Source: an uncultured Alphaproteobacteria bacterium (GTDB taxonomy: Bacteria; Pseudomonadota; Alphaproteobacteria; Rhizobiales; Rhodomicrobiaceae). From it: 64,000 nucleotides of DNA. The notes beneath the pieces were generated by a model. The model searched no databases. It saw only the letters and a list, made by a program, of their open reading frames with translations, and was not told the origin of the DNA. The translations under genes and the position numbers were made by a program. Below, one piece after another: positions 51,053 through 59,283 of this stretch (position 1 is its first letter; the number at the start of each line of letters is the position of its first letter). The stretch is taken from contig CAVXRT010000051.1 of the NCBI GenBank assembly GCA_963764115.1, forward strand, positions 5,125 through 69,124, in the 5' to 3' direction.

Positions 51053-51180
51053 AAGATGATGACCGTGGTTGCGATCATGGCCGGGCTTCTGCCTATCGGA
51101 GCAGGGGTACCGGCTCGGAGGTCATGCAGCGCATCGCCGCTCCGATGATCGGCGGCATGGTTTCATCCACGGTCCTGATC
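51053..51180 (+). pseudogene. C-terminal remnant of a CusA/CzcA heavy-metal RND pump
   Basis: KMMTVVAIMAGLLPI followed, after a frameshift, by GTGSEVMQRIAAPMIGGMVSSTVL. Confidence 0.8.
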
Positions 51181-51196
51181 CCCGCGCCTGCCTTTT

Positions 51197-51808
51197 TTAA
51201 CATAGCCCCTCGCAGACGATGCGCAGAAGTTTTTCGATTTGAGCATCTTGTTCATCAGCTGGCACGCCGATCTGCCAATCCTCAAGGCCTAACGAAACAA
51301 TGCCATGGACGGCGCTGAATAATGTCCGCGCCATCAGGTAGCGCTGCGCCTCGTTCGCCTCGGCCATCAGGACGCGCAAGGGTCCGCTGACATGGCGAAT
51401 AAGGTGGACGTCCTTGCCCTGCGCCCAATCGGGGAGCGCGCCGCCCGGCGGCGGGGCGTACTCAAAGAGATTGCGCCATAGCCGCATATTTTGGGAAGCA
51501 AACCGGCGATAGGCGAGGCCGATGGCGACAAGCCGCGCGGCGGCGTCTGCGCGGGTGGAAGGCAAGGACTGCGGCGCCGCTTCGAGAAGGGCGGCATCGA
51601 GCCTGTTCATTGTCTGCACATTGACCCGCAAAATCAGCTCGTCGAGGTCGGCCACGAGATTGTAGATGGCGCCAACCGCGATGCCGATGTCGTCGGCAAG
51701 CTCGCGCGCTTTCACGCCAGCAAGGCCATTCGCCTTGATCCTGTTCTCCGCCGCGCTGATCAAGGCATCGAGTTGACGCTCGCGCCGCACCGTCACTTTT
51801 GAAACCAT
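51197..51808 (-). CDS. TetR/AcrR-family regulator (WHG-type C-terminal domain)
   Basis: HTH ARELADDIGIAVGAIYN and FSAVHGIVSL. Confidence 0.93.
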   Translation of the reverse strand: MVSKVTVRRERQLDALISAAENRIKANGLAGVKARELADDIGIAVGAIYNLVADLDELILRVNVQTMNRLDAALLEAAPQSLPSTRADAAARLVAIGLAYRRFASQNMRLWRNLFEYAPPPGGALPDWAQGKDVHLIRHVSGPLRVLMAEANEAQRYLMARTLFSAVHGIVSLGLEDWQIGVPADEQDAQIEKLLRIVCEGLC

Positions 51809-51830
51809 GCCCCATCCTAATGGAGAAAAC

Positions 51831-51901
51831 TGAACAATGTTCAAATTTTTTCTTGAACAGCGTTCAATGCTGCGCTATAGATGTGTTATGAACAATGTTC
51901 A
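51831..51901. promoter_or_regulatory. Three palindromic TetR operators
   Basis: TGAACAATGTTCA (51831), TTGAACAGCGTTCAA (51853) and TGAACAATGTTCA (51889). Confidence 0.85.
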
Positions 51902-51915
51902 AGATTGAGGCGCCC

Positions 51916-52602
51916 ATGTTCAAAACCCTTTTTCTCCTCATGAGGGGTAGCGCCGCAAGCGCCGCGGAGGAGATTACCGATCGCAACGCGCTCCTCATTC
52001 TGGATCAGCAGATGCGCGAAGCAAGGGCGGCAATTGACCAGTCGAAACGCGCGCTCGCTCTCGCCATCGCGCAAGACGAGATGGAAGCGAAGCGCCTTGA
52101 GGGCACGATGGCTCGCATTGCCGACCTTGAGGTCCGGGTCAAAGCGGCTTTGAAAGCCGGAAATGAAGGCGTCGCCCGGGAAGGCGCGGAGGCGATTGCC
52201 GCGCTCGAGGCAGACCGGGACGCCGCTGAGAAGGCCCGCACGCTGTTTGCGTCCGAAATCGCGAGGCTGAAATCGACCGTCGGCCAGGCCGAGCAGCGCC
52301 TCGTGGCGCTCGATCGCGGCCGGCGCGTGGCGCGCGCAGCAGAATCCGTTCGCACCATGCGGAAAACCCCGATCGAGGAAGGCCGGCCGCATGAGAGCAC
52401 TTTGTCCGAGGCCGAGGCCACGCTCCATCGCTTGCGCGAACGTCAGGCGGAATCCTTCGCAGCGGACGAAGCCTTGGCGAAACTGGACCTCGCCGTCAGC
52501 CCGGACGGCCTGGCGGAGCGGATGGCGGCCCAAGGCTTCGGTCCCCGCCTCAAGACCACGGCCGACGATGTCCTGGGCCGCCTCAGAGCGAGCGAAACCT
52601 AG
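51916..52602 (+). CDS. PspA/IM30-family protein
   Basis: Long coiled coil with ILDQQMRE, AL.AG.E..AREGAEAIA.LE and DVL.RL. Confidence 0.9.
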   Translation: MFKTLFLLMRGSAASAAEEITDRNALLILDQQMREARAAIDQSKRALALAIAQDEMEAKRLEGTMARIADLEVRVKAALKAGNEGVAREGAEAIAALEADRDAAEKARTLFASEIARLKSTVGQAEQRLVALDRGRRVARAAESVRTMRKTPIEEGRPHESTLSEAEATLHRLRERQAESFAADEALAKLDLAVSPDGLAERMAAQGFGPRLKTTADDVLGRLRASET

Positions 52603-52757
52603 CCGGATGCTGAAGAAGAGTTGTTGCCCATGGCCTCATGGTGAACTCGGCGAACCACGACAGGCTCACCATGAGAATGAACTCCTGAAAACACTCGACC
52701 TCATCCTGAGCCTGTCGAAGGATGAGCCAAGATTTCAAGCTTCTCAGCGGCGCGCTA
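52599..52757. repeat. Degenerate copy of the MITE at 9032
   Basis: CTAGCCGGATGCTGAAGAAG end overlapping the pspA stop codon; internal CTCATCCTGAGCCTGTCGAAGGATGAG. Confidence 0.75.
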
Positions 52758-52813
52758 ACGCCTCGACCCCCGAATTTCAACAAAGGCAACACGACATGCT
52801 GGAGTCCACCGCC

Positions 52814-53092
52814 ATGAGCCAAAGCTCACAACCTCATAGCAACGCCTGGCTCACCTTCACGTACATTTCCTTCGGTGCATCCGCCGCCATGGTGGCCGCC
52901 GGCATTCTGTATGTGCCGCTCGACCTGTGGGCGAAGGGGTATCTCGCCATGGGCGTGCTCATGCTGACCCAGTCCTGCATCACGCTCACGAAAACGCTGC
53001 GGGACAATCACGAGGCGGCCAAGTTCCTGAACCGGATCGAGGATGCAAGGACGGAGCGGCTTCTGATGGAAGTCGGCAAACCGGGCGTCTAG
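52814..53092 (+). CDS. YiaA/YiaB two-helix membrane protein
   Basis: AW..F...SF, KGYLAMG and TKTLRDNHEA...RIEDARTERLL; GGAG RBS. Confidence 0.88.
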   Translation: MSQSSQPHSNAWLTFTYISFGASAAMVAAGILYVPLDLWAKGYLAMGVLMLTQSCITLTKTLRDNHEAAKFLNRIEDARTERLLMEVGKPGV

Positions 53093-53135
53093 TTGCGCAT
53101 CCCTTATCCCGGAACCCCGGCAAGGACTCCATGCT

Positions 53136-53225
53136 GCCCATGGCCTCACGGGTAGCCTGCCGAACCGAGACGGGCTCACCATAAGGGTCAGCACTCGATC
53201 TCATCCTGAGCCTGTCGAAGGATGA
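53136..53225. repeat. Internal palindrome of the same MITE family
   Basis: GCCCATGGCCTCA...GCTCACCAT...CTCATCCTGAGCCTGTCGAAGGATGA without terminal repeats. Confidence 0.7.
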
Positions 53226-53342
53226 AGCAGCGCCCAGGCGGGCGCATTTGTCCCAGTGATCCTTTGAATAGCGTCAATTTACTGCGCCGACACTGACGCT
53301 GCGCTTACGCTATGCTCCACCCGTTTGACTGCGAGAAAGATC

Positions 53343-56300
53343 ATGCTTGCCTTGATGACGAGCCGCCGTTTTGCGCCCTTGTTCTGGACGCAGTTCCTGT
53401 CGGCGTTCAACGACAACTTTTTGAAGAATGCGATCGTGTTCTTCATTCTTTTCAAGCTCGCGGGCGATAACAGCGAAGCGCTCGTGACGCTGGCGGGCGC
53501 GATCTTCATCGCCCCATCTTTCCTGTTTTCAGGGCTGGGCGGCGAGCTGGCCGACCGCTTCGATAAGGCAAAAGTTGCGCGCGCGCTGAAAGCCGCCGAG
53601 ATCGCTGCCGCAGGCGTCGCGGCAACGGGCTTCTGGATTCAGTCGTTGCCCGTGCTCTTCGGCGCTCTTTTTCTCTTCGGGACCGTTTCGGCGCTGTTCG
53701 GGCCGATCAAATACGGCATTCTGCCCGATCATCTCTCGTTCGACGAAATCCCGGCCGGCAATGCGCTTGTTGAAAGCGCCACCTTCATCGCCATTCTGCT
53801 CGGCGCAATCGCAGGCGGCGTCGCCGCAAAGGAAGGCCACATTGTTCTGTTCGGCGGATTGATGATGGTGCTTGCCGTGGCCTGCTGGTTCGTGTCCAAA
53901 GCAATCCCGGCGACTGCGGAGGCGGCGCCCGCTCTTGAAATCGACCGCAATCCGCTGCGCTCCTCGCTCGAACTCATGAAAGACTTGTGGGCCGACACGC
54001 GGCTGTGGCGCGCCGGCGTGATGGTGGCGCTGTTCTGGCTCATCGGCGCGCTTATTGTGTCGCTTGCGCCCGCGCTCATCAAGCTCATGGGCGGAAACGA
54101 GATAGTCGTCAGCGTCTATCTCGCCGAATTCTCGATTGCGATCGCAATCGGCTCGGGACTTGGCTCCTTTCTCACCACCGGCCGCGTCGTGCTCCTGCCA
54201 GCCCCTATCGCCTGTTTCGTCATCGGCGTCACAGCCCTTGATGTCGGCTTCATGGTCAGGAGCTTCGACGCGCCCGCTCATACGCTCAATGCGGCTGCCT
54301 TCTTCGTGCAGCCCGCAGCCTGGCGGCTCGCCATCGATTTTGCCGTCATGGCCATGATGGGCGGCGTTTTCGTGGTGCCGGCCTTCTCCGCGGTCCAGGT
54401 CTGGGCGCCTGCGCCCAAGCGCGCTCGTATCGTGGGCGCGGTGAACATTCTCTCGTCCGTTTTCATCTTCGCTGGGGCACTTGCGATAAGCGGCATGCAA
54501 AAGGCGGGGTTGAGCATGAGCGGCGTCTTCCTGGCGATCGGCGCTCTTTCGCTGGTAAGCGCGGCCTGGATTTACCGCACGATGCCGACAAGCCCCTTGC
54601 GCGATTTCCTCTGGCTCCTCTTTCGCGCCCTCTTTCGCATCGAGGCGACCGGCCTTGAAAACATCGCCAAGGCCGGCCCCAACGCCATCATCGCGCTCAA
54701 CCATGCGAGCTATCTCGACGCGGCGCTCGCCCTCTCGATCATGGACAAAGACCCGCTTTTCGCCATCGATCACAGCATTGCGCAACGCTGGTGGGTGAAG
54801 CCCTTCCTCCGCTTCGTGCGCACCATGCCGCTCGACCCGACCCGGCCGCTTGCCGTGCGGACGCTGGTCAAGGCCGTGCGCGACCAGGGCGAAACCCTTG
54901 TCATCTTCCCCGAAGGCCGCCTCACCGTCACCGGAAGCCTGATGAAGGTCTATGACGGCGCCGGCCTGATCGCCGAGAAATCCAAGGTCAACGTCGTGCC
55001 CGTCCGGCTCGACGGGATCGAGGCCGCGCCGTTTACGCGGCTCACGCCTGATCAAGTGCGCCGCCGCTGGTTCCCCAAGGTGCGCATCATCGTTCGCGAG
55101 CCGGTCAGGCCGAACATGGACGACGCCTTGACCGGCAGGGCGCGGCGCGAAGCCTCGGGCCAGGCGCTCTATGAAATCATGTCCGATCTGATCTTCACCA
55201 CCACGTCCATCGACCGGACCGTTTTTGAAGCGGCCGTCGAGGCGGCGCGCATTCACGGCAAGGGTCGCATCGCGCTCGAAGACCCTGTTACGGGACGATT
55301 GACCTATAAGCGCGCGCTCATTGCCGCCCGCGTTCTCGGCGCAAAGTTCATGACGCTTGCCGGAGAGGGCGCAGCTGTTGGCGTTATGCTGCCGACGAGC
55401 AATGGCGCTGCCTTGACCATACTTGGCTTGATGTCGGCGAACCGCGTTCCCGCCATGATCAATTTCACGGCGGGCGCAGCCAACATCTCTTCCGCATGCA
55501 GGGTGGCGCAAGTCGCGACCATCGTGACTTCGCGCGCGTTCGTCGAAAAAGCGAAGCTGGAAAAACTGATCGAGCAAGTGCAGCCGCAGGTCGCCTTCGT
55601 CTATCTCGAAGACCTTCGCGCCAGCGTAACGGCGCTCGACAAGATTTCGGCGGCGCTGCGTTATGCAAAGCCGCTCGCGAGCGCGAAACCCACGGGCCGC
55701 GCCGTAATTCTGTTCACGTCCGGATCGGAAGGCGCGCCCAAGGGCGTGGTTTTGAGCCACTCGAATATGCTGGCGAATGTAGCGCAAGTCGCCGCACGCA
55801 TCGACTTCGGCCGCGAGGACAAGGTCTTCAACGTGCTGCCCATCTTCCATTCCTTCGGGCTGACCGCCGGCCTCGTGCTGCCTCTCGTCTCGGGCGTTCC
55901 CGTCTATCTTTATCCCTCGCCGCTGCATTACCGGTTTGTCCCGGAACTCGTTTACGGCTCCAATGCCACCGTTCTATTTGGCACCGATACATTCCTGACC
56001 GGCTATGCGCGGATGGCCAATGCATATGATTTCCGCTCGATCCGCTATATCGTGGCGGGCGCTGAACCGGTGCGGCCAGCGACGCGGGCGCTTTACATAG
56101 AAAAATTCGGCCTTCGCATTCTGGAAGGATACGGCGTTACCGAAACCGCGCCCGTTCTCGCGCTCAACACGCCCATGCACAGCCGCTCCGGCACCGTGGG
56201 CCGGGTTCTGCCGGGGATCGAGACGCGCCTGGAGCATGTCGAAGGCGTCCCCGATGGCGGGCGTCTTTTCGTGCGCGGGCCGAACGTCATGCTGGGCTAC

Positions 56301-56735
56301 CTCAAGGCGAACAACCCGGGGGTCTTGGAGCCGATCAACGGCGGCTGGCATGACACCGGCGATATCGTGAGCATCGACCGCTCGGGATTCGTCACCATCA
56401 AGGGGCGGGCGAAGCGGTTCGCCAAGATCGGCGGAGAGATGGTTTCATTTGCCGCCGTGGAGGAGCTTGCGTCGCAGTGCTGGCCCGCAGCCCTGTCGGC
56501 CGCCGCAGCCCTTCCTGACGCCCGCAAGGGACAAAGACTTGTCCTTCTCACGCAAGAAGAAGGAGCAAACCGGGCTGCATTCCAGCAATTCGCGAAGGCG
56601 AAGGGCGCCGCCGACTTGATGATTCCTTCGGAAGTGCTGGTGGTGGAAGCCCTACCGCTCTTAGGCTCCGGCAAACTCGATTTTGCAGGTGTTACGAAAC
56701 TTGCCGAGTCGCGATGCGCTATGTCCCACGTTTGA
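53343..56735 (+). CDS. aas: Aas-like acyl-ACP:phospholipid acyltransferase (MFS + PlsC + AMP-binding fusion)
   Basis: TQFLSAFNDN (MFS), NHASYLD and FPEGR (acyltransferase), FTSGSEGAPKG and EGYGVTE (ligase). Confidence 0.95.
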   Translation: MLALMTSRRFAPLFWTQFLSAFNDNFLKNAIVFFILFKLAGDNSEALVTLAGAIFIAPSFLFSGLGGELADRFDKAKVARALKAAEIAAAGVAATGFWIQSLPVLFGALFLFGTVSALFGPIKYGILPDHLSFDEIPAGNALVESATFIAILLGAIAGGVAAKEGHIVLFGGLMMVLAVACWFVSKAIPATAEAAPALEIDRNPLRSSLELMKDLWADTRLWRAGVMVALFWLIGALIVSLAPALIKLMGGNEIVVSVYLAEFSIAIAIGSGLGSFLTTGRVVLLPAPIACFVIGVTALDVGFMVRSFDAPAHTLNAAAFFVQPAAWRLAIDFAVMAMMGGVFVVPAFSAVQVWAPAPKRARIVGAVNILSSVFIFAGALAISGMQKAGLSMSGVFLAIGALSLVSAAWIYRTMPTSPLRDFLWLLFRALFRIEATGLENIAKAGPNAIIALNHASYLDAALALSIMDKDPLFAIDHSIAQRWWVKPFLRFVRTMPLDPTRPLAVRTLVKAVRDQGETLVIFPEGRLTVTGSLMKVYDGAGLIAEKSKVNVVPVRLDGIEAAPFTRLTPDQVRRRWFPKVRIIVREPVRPNMDDALTGRARREASGQALYEIMSDLIFTTTSIDRTVFEAAVEAARIHGKGRIALEDPVTGRLTYKRALIAARVLGAKFMTLAGEGAAVGVMLPTSNGAALTILGLMSANRVPAMINFTAGAANISSACRVAQVATIVTSRAFVEKAKLEKLIEQVQPQVAFVYLEDLRASVTALDKISAALRYAKPLASAKPTGRAVILFTSGSEGAPKGVVLSHSNMLANVAQVAARIDFGREDKVFNVLPIFHSFGLTAGLVLPLVSGVPVYLYPSPLHYRFVPELVYGSNATVLFGTDTFLTGYARMANAYDFRSIRYIVAGAEPVRPATRALYIEKFGLRILEGYGVTETAPVLALNTPMHSRSGTVGRVLPGIETRLEHVEGVPDGGRLFVRGPNVMLGYLKANNPGVLEPINGGWHDTGDIVSIDRSGFVTIKGRAKRFAKIGGEMVSFAAVEELASQCWPAALSAAAALPDARKGQRLVLLTQEEGANRAAFQQFAKAKGAADLMIPSEVLVVEALPLLGSGKLDFAGVTKLAESRCAMSHV

Positions 56736-56844
56736 CAGCAGGAGTCCCGGCGGGTGCGATGGCTGGATGGAGGCACTCGCGGCTTGGCCGTCTGTAAGCT
56801 GTTTCGCCCTGCCCGGACGCGTTGCTTAAAAAAGTCCGAAGATT

Positions 56845-58416
56845 GGACTCCCCACCGTTTAGCAAGGGGTCTTTTGGGCTGCGAGCGAGGGGTTGAACGG
56901 GGCGCCATTTTTGAGCATGGCGCAAGCGACATTGAGGAGGCGATCTGCAACAGATCGCAAAGCCCGGCGATGACTATGCCCCCGGCCGCGCAGGGCGGCG
57001 TATTTGGCTTTGCTCGTTGGATCATGCTGAATGGCGATGCGCGCCCAATGGTACATGGCGTTGGCAAGCCGGTTACTACAGGCTTGCCTCCGGATGACAA
57101 CGCAGCTCTTGCCGGACTTCTTGGTGACAGGCGCGACCCCGGCCAAATTGCGCAGCGCGGCGTAGTCGCGCCGTTTAAGGCCATCCCAAGCCTCTGCGAG
57201 CAGCGTGGCGAGGACAATCCTTCCAACTCCCGGCAAGGATGCGAGGATTTCCACGTCATGCTGCTTCTGCTGCCCCGCCCCGGCCTCCTCTGCTGGGATG
57301 AGCTTGGCCGTGAGAGCGTCCAGCTGGCGGTTTGCTTCTTTGATCTGCCCGTTCACAAGGCGGATGCGCGCAACGAGCGTCTTAATATGGGCGCTGGCCG
57401 CTTCAACCGTTCCCCTGGCAACCTGCACAGCCGGTTTGCGCAGCACAGCCAACACATGGGCGGCGTCGAAGCGCCGGATGCGGCAGCGCTTCAGCAGGTT
57501 GGCTACCGTGCCCTCGCGGATGCGCGCGGCCTTGCCGGGTGTGGGCGCCAGTTCCCACAGGTCTAGCAGCCAGGGGGCGCCAAGATCGCTTTCGAGCTCC
57601 AGCATGGCTGGAAAGTAGCGCCAAAGCTGCTCGCGCAAGCGGTTGGTGAGCCGGTTACGCTCCGTGCCAAGCTCGCTTGCGATGCGCGACCACTCGCGCA
57701 GTTCGATGACGGTTGGGTCGAGGGCGGCCAGCAGCCGGAAGCAATGCGGATCGGTGCGCAAGGCCGACGCCATCACTTCGGCGTCGCGGCTATCGTCTTT
57801 GGCTCCTGCCAGCGTGAAGCGGTCCCGGAAGCGATCCATTTGTTTCGGATTGAGGGCGTGAACCATCAAGCCGCGCTCGATCAGCGTCTCCACCACGGGG
57901 CCGTGCGGCGTTTCGATGGCGACGTAGATTTGGCTGGAACTGGCGGCGCCGCTCGCCGAAAGCAGCCAGGCGGCCATCTCAGCCAGGCCCTCACCGCTGT
58001 GCTTGAAGATTTTCTCGCCGATCTTGCGGCCTGTGCCGTCCGTCAGAAAGACGTGATGGCTTTCGCTCGCCCAGTCCACGCCGGCATACCATCGCTGTTC
58101 GCTCATGCCTTCTCCCCGCTTCAAACTGCGAGCCGCCGCAACCTCCGCCGGTCCCTGTACTGGCGCTCGGAAAAAAAGGCACAGGTCCGGCGCGGACTCC
58201 CCACGGGGCATCGATTACGGCCAGTCTGGCGGGGCGCACGTCCAATCTTGGCGATCGAATTGCAGGTTTTGTATGGTCGCTCCCGCCAGACCGGCTCGGT
58301 TCGCGAAGGCTACGCTGATTTGGGCCGCCGCCCGCAAGCCGCGCTCCGTTCCGCTACGCTTCACTGCGCGCGGCTTGCGGCGTGACCTTCGATGAACCGC
58401 CGGAGAACGGTACAGG
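56845..58416 (-). mobile_element. IS110-family element with 5' bridge-RNA region, CC core
   Basis: Core GG on the + strand at 56845-56846 and 58415-58416; all four guides match the junctions. Confidence 0.9.
56859..58106 (-). CDS. IS110-family recombinase/transposase
   Basis: AGVDWAS, AIETPHG, AKDDSRDA, SLPGVG and AGVAPVTKKSG; start at ATG 58106. Confidence 0.95.
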   Translation of the reverse strand: MSEQRWYAGVDWASESHHVFLTDGTGRKIGEKIFKHSGEGLAEMAAWLLSASGAASSSQIYVAIETPHGPVVETLIERGLMVHALNPKQMDRFRDRFTLAGAKDDSRDAEVMASALRTDPHCFRLLAALDPTVIELREWSRIASELGTERNRLTNRLREQLWRYFPAMLELESDLGAPWLLDLWELAPTPGKAARIREGTVANLLKRCRIRRFDAAHVLAVLRKPAVQVARGTVEAASAHIKTLVARIRLVNGQIKEANRQLDALTAKLIPAEEAGAGQQKQHDVEILASLPGVGRIVLATLLAEAWDGLKRRDYAALRNLAGVAPVTKKSGKSCVVIRRQACSNRLANAMYHWARIAIQHDPTSKAKYAALRGRGHSHRRALRSVADRLLNVACAMLKNGAPFNPSLAAQKTPC

Positions 58417-58519
58417 TTTTGTTTTGTAAAAAGGTGTGTAACTAAGCATATAAGCAATTTCCGCCATTGAGCTGTGTCAGCCGCTTTAAGCTTCGGATCG
58501 CGCGGGAATTGACCAGCGG

Positions 58520-58871
58520 GCTGCGCACGCGTTTGCTCGCCTCGATGATGGCGTTGAGGCGCAAGGAGACAATGGGCATCAGAACACGGACACAGCGGAC
58601 TGCGCGATGCGCAGCGCGGCATGCGATGGATGCTGTCGCGCGTCATGATACCGGCGCGGCGGCCAAGGATGGCGTCTGCGCGCTCCTTTATGTCCATGAG
58701 GTCGAATAGATCAAGACGGCCTTTTTGAGTGTCGAAGAAAAGGTCGACATCCGAATCCTCGCGAGCCTCGTTGCGGACAACCGAGCCGAACAGGAACAGG
58801 CGCTCGACGCCCAGCTGTTTAAGCTCCGGCTCGTGTTGCTTCAGGCACGCGATCGCTTCGTCTCTTTTCAT
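58520..58871 (-). pseudogene. Decayed MNT-HEPN toxin-antitoxin pair
   Basis: MNT motif LFGSVVR.EA.EDSDVD with a disrupted C-terminus, followed by a short HEPN-like N-terminus (MPIVSLRLNAIIEASKRVR) that breaks off. Confidence 0.7.
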
Positions 58872-59283
58872 GGGAACAGAGTGGCATGGCCGGGGTCCGA
58901 ATTTCCACAGGGCTGGAGATGGAGTCCCGGCGATGGTGCGGCTATATCCGCGGCTGCTGGACGCGTCGCTGTTGAACATCTCGGGTTAACGCATGATCTG
59001 GCCTGGGCTGCCTCCTGAGGAATATTGGAGGGCCGCGGGTTGGAATGCACGCTGGGTCTCCCTTGGGTGGGAGCGGTCTTCGGATGCTCAAAGACGTGCG
59101 GTTGCTTTACAATTAATTGCGGAAGTGTTTAAAAACGCCCTACGGTCCTCAGGGTGCATCCTGTTAGTCAATCTCCAAATTGGCCGTTTACCTTAAAGTG
59201 CCAGCGGAAGGGCTTACCATCCAGAACGCCGCGGAGCGGTTACGCTTTGCATCATGCGGGGATGGTTGAAGGATGTGCAACCT

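Noticed and set aside
53529-55928. Long antisense ORFs (799 aa here; also 47784-49346, 42823-44166 and 15308-16744)
   Set aside because: Shadow frames of real GC-rich genes with no recognisable motifs
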